Assembly: GCA_965205485.1 (NCBI GenBank)
Contig: OZ242180.1
Coordinates: forward strand, 3,872,001 to 3,936,000
Reading direction: 5' to 3'
DNA from: Candidatus Latescibacterota bacterium
GTDB lineage: Bacteria > Latescibacterota > UBA2968 > GCA-2709665
Length of the DNA stretch: 64,000 nucleotides
Shown here: positions 1 through 9,447 of the stretch, piece after piece
Position numbering within the stretch: the first letter of the stretch is position 1
How the letters are laid out: every line of letters starts with the position of its first letter
The notes under the pieces: model-generated
Database searches by the model: none
The model's input: the letters and a program-made list of their open reading frames with translations, nothing else
What the model was told of the DNA's origin: nothing
Program-made: the position numbers and the translations under genes

Positions 1-752
1 CGCGGCAACAGGGGGACCGGTATCCGTTCGACGTCCGCAAGACCTTCCGCGGCGCCGGAAATGGTAAGTGCATGGGCGACGTCATGATAGAATAGCACGC
101 GCCAGCCGGGGTAGGTGCTGATCACCAGCTGCATGAGATAGTCGAATGCAAAATCCAGATTCTGGGTCTTCAGAAAATCCCGATAGGGTTTGAAGTCACG
201 GGCATCAATCGCGCCGTCCAGCACAGGACCGTGGTCCAGGTCCGCCAGCTTCCCCATACGGCTCCGGTGTCTGCCCATGATATAGGCGTCCCATACCGCC
301 GGATCCTTCAACGATGCGAACCGGTTCCACAACGCGCGATTCTTGAGGTGGGGCAGGTCCGCCAGGAGCGAGAACGTGGCATCCAGGGCCGGGGTTTCGA
401 TATCTCTGCCGTTGCCTTCCGCGGCCAGGAACGACTGCGCGATCATCGCATAGATCTGGTCCGCGATCTCTCCGATTGCTTCCTCGAGGCTGTCCGACGG
501 CCCCGCCGCCTGGACGTTATGGGAGCCGGGCGCGACGCATTCGAGCAGATTGCCCAGAACGGTTTCGAGGATGTCGCGGTTGACAAAACCCCGCCCCGAG
601 GGGCGCGAGAGCAGCACCCTGCTGATGGAATCGATACGGATGACCTCCCGCTCTTCCGACGAATATATCGGGTACAGCCGCTCCAGCACCTGATTCAGCA
701 GCGGGTTCCTGCGTTTTTCGTATGACGCATCAAAAAGCGTTCTGTCACCCAT
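1..752 (-). CDS. Hypothetical protein, 3'-truncated by the window edge (>250 aa)
   Basis: Not in the ORF track. I translated it by hand: ATG at 752 preceded by AGGAG, MGDRTLFDASYEKRRNPLLNQVLERLYP..., open to position 1. No domain recognised. Confidence 0.75.
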   Translation of the reverse strand, partial: MGDRTLFDASYEKRRNPLLNQVLERLYPIYSSEEREVIRIDSISRVLLSRPSGRGFVNRDILETVLGNLLECVAPGSHNVQAAGPSDSLEEAIGEIADQIYAMIAQSFLAAEGNGRDIETPALDATFSLLADLPHLKNRALWNRFASLKDPAVWDAYIMGRHRSRMGKLADLDHGPVLDGAIDARDFKPYRDFLKTQNLDFAFDYLMQLVISTYPGWRVLFYHDVAHALTISGAAEGLADVERIPVPLLP

Positions 753-860
753 GGATCTGACCGAACTCCTTTGATTGACCTTCGTTTCTGCCGGATGACC
801 AGTTTCCCGGGCGCCGGAAACGCGAGTCTGCAGACCCTGCGGACCCACGTCGATCGACAT

Positions 861-1934
861 TCAAAGCGCCGCGGACGCCTCGCGCTCTGCCAGACGTCGG
901 TCGGCGTCGACCATTTCCCGGACGAGTTCTTCGAAACGGATCTGCGGGCGCCAGCCGAGTTTTCTGTACGCCTTGGATGCATCGCCCAGGAGTGATTGCG
1001 CCTCGGTCGGCCGGAAGTATCTCGGGTCGATGCGCACAACCGCGCTTCCCGTTGCCGTATTGATCGCGACTTCGTCGGCGCCCGTCCCGCGCCACTCCAG
1101 CTCCAGCCCCAGGTATTCAGCCGCGAGGTTGACAAATGCGCGAACAGAATGCTGTTGCCCCGATGCGATAACGTAATCGTCAGGCGCGGTCTGCTGCAGC
1201 ATCAGCCACTGGGCGCGAACGTAGTCCCGGGCGTGGCCCCAGTCTCTCATCGCGTCCAGATTACCGAGGTACACGCATTCGTCCAGTCCGAGCGCCACGC
1301 GCGCGAGTCGTCTGGTGATCTTCCGGGTCACGAACGTCTCCCCGCGGACGGGGGATTCGTGATTGAACAGGATGCCGTTGCAGGCGAAAATCTCATATGC
1401 CTCGCGGTAATTCACCGTGATCCAGTACGCGTATACCTTGGCTGCGGCGTAGGGTGAGCGGGGATAGAACCGCGTGGATTCCCTCTGGGGCGTCTCGGCT
1501 GCCTTGCCGAACATTTCCGAACTGGACGCCTGGTAGAAACGGGTTCGATCCGCCAGGCCGCAGATGCGGATGGCTTCGAGCAGATGGAGCGCCCCCAATG
1601 CGGCCACCTTCGCCGTGTACTCCGGGGTCTCGAAGGAAACCGCCACGTGGCTCTGCGCGCCCAGATTGTAGATCTCGTCGGGTCGCACCTCCTGTACGAC
1701 TCGGATCAGATTCGCCGTATCCGTGAGATCGCCGTAGTGCAGGACCATCCGCCGGCCGGGTTCCTGCGGGCCGGCGAACAGGTGATCGATCCGTTCGGTG
1801 TTGAACAGGGACGCCCTCCGGATGATGCCATGGACCAGGTAGCCTTTTTCAATCAGGAATTCAGCAAGATAGGAGCCGTCCTGGCCGGTGATTCCGGTAA
1901 TCAGAGCGGTTTTTTCGGGGTTGTCAGGCCGCAT
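861..1934 (-). CDS. gmd: GDP-mannose 4,6-dehydratase
   Basis: [43 protein letters not shown] and [14 protein letters not shown] motifs. Start trimmed to MRPDNPEK. Confidence 0.97.
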   Translation of the reverse strand: MRPDNPEKTALITGITGQDGSYLAEFLIEKGYLVHGIIRRASLFNTERIDHLFAGPQEPGRRMVLHYGDLTDTANLIRVVQEVRPDEIYNLGAQSHVAVSFETPEYTAKVAALGALHLLEAIRICGLADRTRFYQASSSEMFGKAAETPQRESTRFYPRSPYAAAKVYAYWITVNYREAYEIFACNGILFNHESPVRGETFVTRKITRRLARVALGLDECVYLGNLDAMRDWGHARDYVRAQWLMLQQTAPDDYVIASGQQHSVRAFVNLAAEYLGLELEWRGTGADEVAINTATGSAVVRIDPRYFRPTEAQSLLGDASKAYRKLGWRPQIRFEELVREMVDADRRLAEREASAAL

Positions 1935-2084
1935 GCGAACCTCGCTGCGACAGGGTCTCGAGACGCGCCAGGCACGTTGGATTCTGGTTGTTCTTTTCGT
2001 CCATGCCGGGATGTCCGGAATTGGCGCAAAATGCGCCGGCGAACGCAGTTGCATCGACCGGGCCTTACAACGACGGCAGATTCA

Positions 2085-2113
2085 ACAATAGGGTTTTCGT
2101 TCATTCTTGTCAA
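2085..2113 (-). promoter_or_regulatory. Sigma70-like promoter for gmd
   Basis: TTGACA-17nt-TATTGT on the minus strand. Confidence 0.55.
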
Positions 2114-2154
2114 GAGGTACCAGGCCGGACGACGGCTTCTGGGCGGGAAATCGC

Positions 2155-2183
2155 TTGACGATTCATCCGATTTCGCCTATTTT
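2155..2183 (+). promoter_or_regulatory. Sigma70-like promoter for the nucleoside transporter
   Basis: TTGACG-17nt-TATTTT. Confidence 0.5.
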
Positions 2184-2271
2184 TGGCGCCGGTCTCGAAC
2201 GTGGCGCAATGCCTCGTGGCCGTTGACGTTACCCACTCCGGCGCCCGCGTTCCACAAAGAGGAGTCCGGAC

Positions 2272-3528
2272 TTGACGGTGCTTCAAAGCGCCATCGGATA
2301 TGTCGTCCTTCTGGCCGTTGCCTGGTGCCTGGGCCGGCGCACGAAACGAATTCCATGGAAGACCGTCGCGGTTGCCAGCGGCCTGCAGCTGCTGCTGACC
2401 GGCATCCTTGTCAGGACCGGGCTGCGGCATTATGTCTTCGGCGTGGTTGGCGCTCTCACCGACATGCTTCGCACGACCGCCCTGAAGGCCAACGAGTCGC
2501 TGCTCTTCTCCGGATTGTCCAATCCCGAATTCACAAGCAGATACGGGCCCGTCGTCGCCCTGGAAATCGCGGCGATACTGATCTTTGTGGCGGCGGTTTC
2601 CAGGATGCTCTATCACTACAGGATCCTGCCCTGGGTGATCGGCCGGCTGAGTGCGTTTATGCAGAAGTCCCTCGGGCTCAGTTCGGCGGAAAGCGTCGGG
2701 TCCGCCGGCAACGTCATTCTTGGTATGACGGAGTCCCCGTTGTTGATCAGGCCGTACGTGAGCCGAATGACCCAGAGCGAGCTGTTCTGTCTGATGACCG
2801 TGGGTATGGCCACGATCGCCGGCACGGTCATGGTGATCTATGCGACGATGCTGGGCGACGTCAATCCGGATATCGCCGGCCACCTCTTTACGGCTTCATT
2901 GATCAGCGCGCCCGCGGCGATTGCCGTATCCAAGCTGATGATCCCGGAGACCGGCGATCCCGTCACCTCACGGAGCCAGGTGGAACTTCCCCGGGAAGAT
3001 ACGCTGAACGGCCTTGACGCCGCGGCTCGCGGCGCGGCCGAGGGCATGCATCTGGTCATCAACATCCTCGCGATGCTCGTCGCCTTCATCGGCCTTGTCG
3101 CCCTGGCCAACCTGGTCATCGCAGAGATCGACGTCCTGATCAACGCGAGTCCCGGCGGCTGGAGCCTACAGGCGGGCGCCGGCGAGATATTTCGTCCGTT
3201 CGTCTGGCTGATGGGGATTTCCTGGGCCGATGCCCGCGTCGTCGGAGAGCTGATGGGTCTGAAGACGATCCTGAATGAGTTCGTGGCCTATCTGGACCTG
3301 GCCCGGCTGATGAACGGACCCGAACCGCTCGGCCAACGGTCATTTGTCATCACGGCGTACGCCCTGTGCGGGTTTGCCAACTTCGGATCCGTGGCCATCA
3401 TGATCGGCGGCATCGGGGGGATCGCCCCGGACAGGCGCGGCGACCTGGCGCGGCTGGGGCTTCGATCCCTTGCCGGCGGAACCCTGGCGACCATGCTCAC
3501 CGGCTGTATGATCGGCCTGTTTCTGTAA
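2272..3528 (+). CDS. Concentrative nucleoside transporter (CNT/NupC family)
   Basis: GMTESPLLIRPY, GMATIAG, KTILNEFVAY and YALCGFANFGS motifs. TTG start after GAGGAG. Confidence 0.95.
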   Translation: MTVLQSAIGYVVLLAVAWCLGRRTKRIPWKTVAVASGLQLLLTGILVRTGLRHYVFGVVGALTDMLRTTALKANESLLFSGLSNPEFTSRYGPVVALEIAAILIFVAAVSRMLYHYRILPWVIGRLSAFMQKSLGLSSAESVGSAGNVILGMTESPLLIRPYVSRMTQSELFCLMTVGMATIAGTVMVIYATMLGDVNPDIAGHLFTASLISAPAAIAVSKLMIPETGDPVTSRSQVELPREDTLNGLDAAARGAAEGMHLVINILAMLVAFIGLVALANLVIAEIDVLINASPGGWSLQAGAGEIFRPFVWLMGISWADARVVGELMGLKTILNEFVAYLDLARLMNGPEPLGQRSFVITAYALCGFANFGSVAIMIGGIGGIAPDRRGDLARLGLRSLAGGTLATMLTGCMIGLFL

Positions 3529-3675
3529 AGCAGCCCAACCGGCTTCGAGCCGGAACGTAAATTCCGTCAACGCCGGGCTCTCGATCCCGGCGCTTCCGCA
3601 TTTGAGTCTTGTACGCGGAAGCCATCAATTCACGGTGTGGCGCGTAGCCTGCCGCACGTCTCAAAGGAGGCAGCC

Positions 3676-4098
3676 TTGCAACTGAATACCTATTTGACCT
3701 TCGAAAACCAGTGTCGGGAGGCATTTGAGTTCTACCGCTCCGTCTTCGGCGGTGACTTCCTCTTCGTCCAGACCTTTGGAGACGGACCTCCCGATCTGCA
3801 GGTGCCGGAAGACGAACGCGACCGAATCATGCACGTGTCGCTGCCGATCGGCGACAGCGTGCTCATGGGAAGCGATCATGCCTCGACATTCGGACCCTCC
3901 CCACAGGCGGGCAGCAATTTTTCCATAACGGTCAGCCCCGACAACAAGGCGGACGCCGACCGGCTGCTTTCCGGGCTTTCGGAGGGCGGCAATCTGGTGA
4001 TGCCGATGCAGGATATGTTCTGGGGGGCCTATTTCGGGATGTGCGTCGACAAGTTCGGCATCAGGTGGCAAATCAACTTTGAGAATCCCGGAGACTGA
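3676..4098 (+). CDS. VOC family protein (PhnB/YjdN-like)
   Basis: YLTF..QCREAFEFY.SVFGG, IMHVSL, MFWGAYFGMCVDKFGIRWQI. TTG start after AAGGAGG. Confidence 0.9.
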   Translation: MQLNTYLTFENQCREAFEFYRSVFGGDFLFVQTFGDGPPDLQVPEDERDRIMHVSLPIGDSVLMGSDHASTFGPSPQAGSNFSITVSPDNKADADRLLSGLSEGGNLVMPMQDMFWGAYFGMCVDKFGIRWQINFENPGD

Positions 4099-4172
4099 GT
4101 CCCGGAACGCTCCGGAATTGCGGCGGCGATCGCCGGGGAAATGGCGAGGATTCTCTGTCACGCGGGGAAACG

Positions 4173-4865
4173 ATGACCCTGAACGAGACACTCTCAACGC
4201 TTGAAGCGCTGGGAACTGCGCAGAACCGCAAGGTCTATGCGCGCCATGGCGTCAATCCGCCGATGTACGGCGTCAGCTATGCCAACCTCAGCAGAATGGT
4301 TCGAAAGATAAAGCGGGACCACCGACTGGCAGATGCGTTGTGGGCTACGGGCAACCACGACGCGCGCGTACTGGCCACGCGGGTCGCCGACCCGATTGGG
4401 ATGAACGCGGGTCAGCTGGATGCCTGGGCGCGCGATATCGACAACTCGATTCTCGCCGGAGAACTTGGCGCCCTGGCAAGCCGCTCGAAGACCGGTTTGG
4501 CGCGCTTCAGAAAGTGGACGTCCAGACGGGGAGAGTGGGTCGCCACCTCAGGATGGAATACCTTCACCGAGATGGTTCTGAACGATCACGAGGATGTCGA
4601 CGAGGCGCTTCTCGACACCTGCCTGGATCGAATCGAAACGGAACTCCACGGCCAGCCGAACCGCGTCCGCTACGCGATGAACAACGCGCTGATCGCTATA
4701 GGGACGTATAGTGAGACCTATCGCGATCGGGCGATCGCGGCTGCGAATCGGATCGGCCCGGTCGAGGTGGACCACGGCGAAACGAACTGCAAGACGCCCG
4801 ACGCGGCCTCGTACATCGCCAAATCGTTCGCCAGGAAAGAGAAACAGAGGAAGAAGGGCCGATAG
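4173..4865 (+). CDS. DNA alkylation repair (AlkD-like, HEAT-repeat) family protein
   Basis: LEALGT..NRKVYARHG, LW.TGNHDAR.LA, RYAMNNALIAIG and VDHGETNCKTPDA motifs. Confidence 0.85.
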   Translation: MTLNETLSTLEALGTAQNRKVYARHGVNPPMYGVSYANLSRMVRKIKRDHRLADALWATGNHDARVLATRVADPIGMNAGQLDAWARDIDNSILAGELGALASRSKTGLARFRKWTSRRGEWVATSGWNTFTEMVLNDHEDVDEALLDTCLDRIETELHGQPNRVRYAMNNALIAIGTYSETYRDRAIAAANRIGPVEVDHGETNCKTPDAASYIAKSFARKEKQRKKGR

Positions 4866-4907
4866 CCGTTCCCGCACGCTCCTTGTTTTCATACAGACGT
4901 ACAAACA

Positions 4908-4938
4908 GAAAGGCCGGGGTTCGAACCCGGCCTTTTTT
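4908..4938. terminator. Likely bidirectional intrinsic terminator
   Basis: aaAGGCCGGG-gttcgaa-CCCGGCCTtttt hairpin between convergent genes. Confidence 0.8.
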
Positions 4939-5336
4939 CAAGTCGATGCTTCTTCGATCGGCTGGTGGAAATAGTAACAGAGTCCGTCCGGGGCGACGAC
5001 GAAGAAGACCTGCAACTTCCGGCCGTCGTTCTCGTCGATGCGCCAGTTGCCGGTCCGGATTCCGTTCGCCTCCAACTCCCGCCTCGCTCTGTGGATATCG
5101 GACACCAGAATAGCCGCCCCTTCCTGTCCGGGGTCGCCGCCGTTGACGGCGAATCCGATCCGGACGCCGTCCCGCTCGAGAACGACCGTGGGAACAGGAT
5201 TGCTGTGACGCTCTACCTCGTTGAGTCCAAAAGCGTTACAGTACCAGGTTGAAGCCGTGTCGATATCTTCCACTGGTAGCGCAAGTACGTCGTCGGCATA
5301 GGGAAAAGCGGCCTCGAACAGCCTCGTCGAACCCAT
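4938..5336 (-). CDS. VOC/glyoxalase family protein
   Basis: LPV.DID.A..WY..AFG and FFVVAPDGLCYYF pattern, 132 aa, GGGAG RBS. Confidence 0.8.
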   Translation of the reverse strand: MGSTRLFEAAFPYADDVLALPVEDIDTASTWYCNAFGLNEVERHSNPVPTVVLERDGVRIGFAVNGGDPGQEGAAILVSDIHRARRELEANGIRTGNWRIDENDGRKLQVFFVVAPDGLCYYFHQPIEEAST

Positions 5337-5399
5337 ATATATCTCCCTTTCTCCCTTCTTAGGCGGGAAGTCTCGAAATGACGGCGACCCGATGTCGCC

Positions 5400-6647
5400 T
5401 CACGTTACCCCGTTCAACGCGTATTCGAAGATGCGGTAGTTCATCAGTTGTTCCGACCCGTCGCGCGCCAGGTATTCCCCGTTCAGCGGGCGGTTGAGGA
5501 TGAACGGCACTTCCCGCTCCGAGAGGCCGCCATGAGAGCGCAGGCGTTCGCCGTGCAGCCCCTCGAGATCGTGATCACCCGGGGTCATGCCGATACAGAA
5601 CGCGTCGGAGGCAATCACCACGGCGTCGCCTTCGACGTCGAGCGGAAGACTGAAACGGCTCGCCGCGTCGGCCCCGGCCAGGACGGATTCAACACCGTCG
5701 ATCGATTCAATAAAGCGAATCGCGTCGAAGACATTCAGGTCTTCAAAGCAGTACACCCGGACGAATCCCCCCAGGGCGCCATGATGGCCCACGAACGCGT
5801 CGGTAATCGGACAGATGACGCGCGTTTTTCCCGATCCGAAACGCCTGTCCAGCAGGTCCTGCAGATAGATGATGTTGAACGTACCGTCCCGTGCGCATTT
5901 GTCCTTCATACCGTGATCGGCCACCAGCGCCACCGTTGCGCCGAGCCGATCGAGTTCCGCGCATCGCCGGTCGACCGATCGATAGAAATCCAGGGCGACA
6001 GGATGGTCAGGGGGGTACCTGTGCTGGACGTAATCCGTAAGCGACAGGTACGCCAGGCGCGGCCGGCTGCCCTCTTCCAGAAACCGGATGCCGGCGTCGA
6101 GTACGAACAGGGAAAGCGCGTCTGTATACATGCCTGGCAACGGCCGGCCGACCCAGCCGAGGGCGTCCTGAATTCCGTTCTCGAGGAGCGTGCATCGGTC
6201 TGCGCATTGAGAAGAGAAACAGATGTTGCCCTTGCCCACGTCCATTCCCTTGCCGAGCTGCCGCCGGAGTTTGTCCTTCGCGGTGATGACGGCCGTTTCC
6301 ACGCCGGCCCTGGAAACGACGTCGAAAATCGTACGCGAACGCATCATCGCGGGGCCCGTCATGGGAACCGCTTCACCGGTATGCCGGTCCAGATAGAAGT
6401 TGCCGGAAACACCGTGCACAGAGGGCGGGGCGCCTGTGGCGATGGAGAGGTTGTTGGGATTCGTGAAGCTCGGAATGACGCAGTGGGCTGCCCCGGTGAA
6501 ACCGGAATCCATGAATCGGGCGATGGCGGGAATCGCTCCGGCTTTCCTCGCGGCCTCAATGTACTCCGGATCGCCGCCGTCGACACAAATGACGGCGACC
6601 GGGGACTGCGGAATGCGATAGTTCACGCCGTTGAGTTCAATCTTCAT
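5400..6647 (-). CDS. phnA: Phosphonoacetate hydrolase (alkaline phosphatase superfamily)
   Basis: VICVDG, PSFTNPNNLSI.TG (Thr nucleophile), YLSLTDYVQH, ADHGM and LRSHGG motifs all intact. Start overlaps the upstream stop (ATGA). Confidence 0.93.
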   Translation of the reverse strand: MKIELNGVNYRIPQSPVAVICVDGGDPEYIEAARKAGAIPAIARFMDSGFTGAAHCVIPSFTNPNNLSIATGAPPSVHGVSGNFYLDRHTGEAVPMTGPAMMRSRTIFDVVSRAGVETAVITAKDKLRRQLGKGMDVGKGNICFSSQCADRCTLLENGIQDALGWVGRPLPGMYTDALSLFVLDAGIRFLEEGSRPRLAYLSLTDYVQHRYPPDHPVALDFYRSVDRRCAELDRLGATVALVADHGMKDKCARDGTFNIIYLQDLLDRRFGSGKTRVICPITDAFVGHHGALGGFVRVYCFEDLNVFDAIRFIESIDGVESVLAGADAASRFSLPLDVEGDAVVIASDAFCIGMTPGDHDLEGLHGERLRSHGGLSEREVPFILNRPLNGEYLARDGSEQLMNYRIFEYALNGVT

Positions 6648-7669
6648 CTTGCTCCGGGAACGGCCGGTACGTCTGCGATGGTCTGCTCCTTCCACGAGCG
6701 GATGGCCGCTTCGATAACTTCCTGCACGGCCAGCCCTTCTTCGCCGGACCCCTCGATTTCCGACTGGGGCGCGCCTTCGTCCAGTTGCTCGATCCAACGG
6801 TTGATGCGTCTTGGAAAGGTGTCCTCGAAGACCAGACCGCCCATAATGGAGTTTCGAACGACGGTGAGTTCCTCGGACCGTCTCGGATACAGCGTCAGGT
6901 CCTCAAAGCAGTTGTCCAGGACGAAACGTCCCTCGCTTCCAAGCACCTCGCAGCGTTCCAGGTTGTGAGCCGGATTGGTGTCGTAGCTGCCGGTCAGGTG
7001 GCCCACGACGTCATTCTCGAATTGCATGTTGATCTGCGCGTTCGACCAGCACACCGGGGCATTGACTCCGCTGCGACCAGGCGCTTTGTTCAGAAATGCT
7101 TGTACCCGCTTGATATTTCCGCAAAAGTACCGCATGATGTCGATCGAGTGGGGGTGCAGGGCCCGAAGGTGGAACCAGGGGGAAGTCTCGTTAGGGTTGC
7201 CGATCCACATGGTCATGTTGATGAGCAGCAGGTGGCCCAGTCGTCCCTCTTCGATCCAGCCCCTGGCTTTCGCCGCGGGCGGGACGAACCGGTGGTTCAG
7301 GTTGATGCCGAACCGGACGTCGCATTCACGCGCTTTCCTGACCATCTGCCGGGCGTGGTCGATGTTGTTGCTTATGGGCTTTTCGCACAGGACGTGCAAA
7401 CCGGCTTCCATGCACTGGATCGCGGGTTCGTAATGGTCGCCGCCGTTCTCGAAGCCGCCGGTCGCTACGCTCACGGCATCGAGTTCCTCGCGCCGAAGCA
7501 TTTCGCGAACGTCGTAGAACGGTTTCGCGTTCAATCGCTCCGCCGCGCTGTCCGCGCGTACCCTGACAAAGTCGCAGACGGCAACGAGTTCCGTTCTGCT
7601 GTTGTTGACGTATACCGAGGCATGCTGGCCGCCAATGCCGCGCATGCCGATGACGCCGACGCGGATCAT
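6644..7669 (-). CDS. Gfo/Idh/MocA family NAD(P)-dependent oxidoreductase
   Basis: VGVIGMRGIG and HVLCEKP motifs, AAGGAG RBS. Confidence 0.92.
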   Translation of the reverse strand: MIRVGVIGMRGIGGQHASVYVNNSRTELVAVCDFVRVRADSAAERLNAKPFYDVREMLRREELDAVSVATGGFENGGDHYEPAIQCMEAGLHVLCEKPISNNIDHARQMVRKARECDVRFGINLNHRFVPPAAKARGWIEEGRLGHLLLINMTMWIGNPNETSPWFHLRALHPHSIDIMRYFCGNIKRVQAFLNKAPGRSGVNAPVCWSNAQINMQFENDVVGHLTGSYDTNPAHNLERCEVLGSEGRFVLDNCFEDLTLYPRRSEELTVVRNSIMGGLVFEDTFPRRINRWIEQLDEGAPQSEIEGSGEEGLAVQEVIEAAIRSWKEQTIADVPAVPGAR

Positions 7670-7762
7670 ACCCGTGCTCCTTGTGATGAAACAGAATGCC
7701 GTTAACACCCGGGCCGCGGGCAAGTCATTCTGCCGGGGCCGGTTCCCGCGATTCTTTTAAAT

Positions 7763-8557
7763 TTATTCAAACAGCGGCCGGAAGTAGTCGAACGACCGCC
7801 GGAGAACGCCGTCGACGTCGTCCACGCCCATGTCCCGCGTACCGACGATTTCCAGAACCGCGTATTTGAGCCCCGGGATCTTTCGGAAGGCGGCTGCCTG
7901 CGCGTGGAGATCCATATCTCCCTGACCGGCGACCTGGTTTTCAACCGGCCCGATTGCCGACTGTCGGCCCTTGACGTCGCGGATTCTCAGTGAAATGATG
8001 TACCGGCTGATCCTGCCGACGCTATCTTCGGGTACCTCGCGCTGCGGGCTGCGCCAGATATGGGTCGCGTCGTAGTTGATTCCGACCCACTTCCGATCGA
8101 CCCGTTGCATGAACCGGAAAGCCGTATCTGTGTTGTAGACGGCATTGCCGACGTGAGGTTTGATGCCGAGCCTGACGCCGCGTTGGGCGGCCTCGACCGC
8201 GAGGGCGTTGATTTTATCCACGGCGGCCATAAACCCCTCTTCGCTGTCAGGTTTCCCGCCGGGGCCGGTTGTGACGAGGGGCGCGCCGACCGAGGCCGCC
8301 GCATCCAGGATGCGCAGGAAGCGGTCCCCGTCGTCCAGGTTGCCGCTTGCGCCGAGAGATTCGATCGCCAAGCCGTGACTTCCGGCGCGACGTCTGATAT
8401 CCCGGTAGTACGCGTCGCGCCCGCCGATAACCAGGTGAGGCGCCATTCCCGGAATACAACAGAGTTCGATCGCCCGGTAGCCCGCCGCCTGTATCCGTTC
8501 CATCGCGACTTCCAGGTCGTACCCACCATATAGTATCGTGCTGCATCCGAGGTCCAT
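7763..8557 (-). CDS. Sugar-phosphate isomerase/epimerase TIM barrel (AP_endonuc_2 family)
   Basis: AGYRAIEL, GVRLGIKPH, VGINYDATH, GQGDMD and VLEI motifs. Start trimmed to MDLGCS. Confidence 0.85.
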   Translation of the reverse strand: MDLGCSTILYGGYDLEVAMERIQAAGYRAIELCCIPGMAPHLVIGGRDAYYRDIRRRAGSHGLAIESLGASGNLDDGDRFLRILDAAASVGAPLVTTGPGGKPDSEEGFMAAVDKINALAVEAAQRGVRLGIKPHVGNAVYNTDTAFRFMQRVDRKWVGINYDATHIWRSPQREVPEDSVGRISRYIISLRIRDVKGRQSAIGPVENQVAGQGDMDLHAQAAAFRKIPGLKYAVLEIVGTRDMGVDDVDGVLRRSFDYFRPLFE

Positions 8558-8683
8558 GGGTTTCGCCTTCCTTTTCGCAGAGCGTTTGTATTCAACGAAT
8601 TGGCGGCAGATAAGTAAGCGGTCGAACCGGCGCTTGTCAAGCCGATTCCGGTCGTAATCGACGCGCCCGGTGAAATTCCTGAC

Positions 8684-8712
8684 TTGATCCTGATCACGAT
8701 TGGGATTATATT
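8684..8712 (+). promoter_or_regulatory. Sigma70-like promoter for the STAS gene
   Basis: TTGATC-17nt-TATATT. Confidence 0.45.
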
Positions 8713-8811
8713 GGTTGGCAGCGAATCTTTCCGGATCATACCGACTGAAACGCGTCATTGCGGTTGGTGCGGCAATCTGCCGTAACCCGAAACCATCGAG
8801 GGGGAAGAACC

Positions 8812-9165
8812 ATGAAAATCATTGAGGAGATCAGGGAGGATGTTGCCGTCCTGACGGTGACGGGCGCCCTGATGTCCGGTCCCGAAGTGGCCGAATTTCA
8901 CGACCATATCAAGCGGTTGGTAAAAGACGGCATCAGCCGGGTGGTGGTCGATTTTTCAAAGGTGAAATGGTTTGGGAGTTCGATGCTCGGCGTCATGACC
9001 GCCAGTCTGACGACGGTCCGGCATGCGGGTGGAGATATGCGTCTCACGGGCATTACCCGCAAGATCGAAAGTATCCTGATGGTCACGCAGCTGGCGGGGA
9101 TTTTCAGGACCCTGGATACCGTGGACCGTGCGGTAGCCAGCTTCAGGACACAGCCGCCCGAATAA
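8812..9165 (+). CDS. STAS-domain anti-sigma factor antagonist
   Basis: VVVDFSKVKWFGSSMLGV and GGDMRL..I..ILMVTQL patterns, 117 aa. Confidence 0.9.
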   Translation: MKIIEEIREDVAVLTVTGALMSGPEVAEFHDHIKRLVKDGISRVVVDFSKVKWFGSSMLGVMTASLTTVRHAGGDMRLTGITRKIESILMVTQLAGIFRTLDTVDRAVASFRTQPPE

Positions 9166-9338
9166 AGCCGTCCGCCAACTGGAAGCAAGTACGAAAGCGT
9201 CTCTGTCCGTCCGGGATAGAGGCGCTTTTGATCGTTTGGTCCGGTGGACCGGTACGGAACGTCGTGTGTCCTCGCGCGCGGGCGCCTGAGAACACGTCAA
9301 TATCCATGTTCAAGATTCCACTCCAGTAACGATTTTCC

Positions 9339-9367
9339 TTGATACCTGAACATTTGAGTAGTATATT
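9339..9367 (+). promoter_or_regulatory. uvrA sigma70-like promoter with a candidate LexA operator in the spacer
   Basis: TTGATA-CCTGAACATTTGAGTAG(17 nt)-TATATT. Confidence 0.55.
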
Positions 9368-9447
9368 TCGAATCCGTCATCTGGCGGGCGCGCCAATACA
9401 GGACGGGGCTCGCCCTCAGGCGTTGTATTCGCGATCGCGGTGATTGC

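Noticed and set aside
2103..2114. 12-mer ATTCTTGTCAAG shared upstream of gmd and galU (54174-54185) as a possible operator
   Set aside because: Largely explained by a minus-strand TTGACA -35 element; similar TTGTCAAG contexts occur at other promoters (about 8634 and 32097).
4915..4932. GGTTCGAACCC resembles a tRNA T-arm
   Set aside because: No acceptor, D or anticodon arms; it is the loop of a terminator hairpin between convergent genes.
5448..6968. Long alternative ORFs (506 aa here; also 1584..3017, 9310..10554, 29770..30825, 39745..40959 and others)
   Set aside because: They are antisense or off-frame shadows of well-supported genes, expected at high GC, with no motifs.
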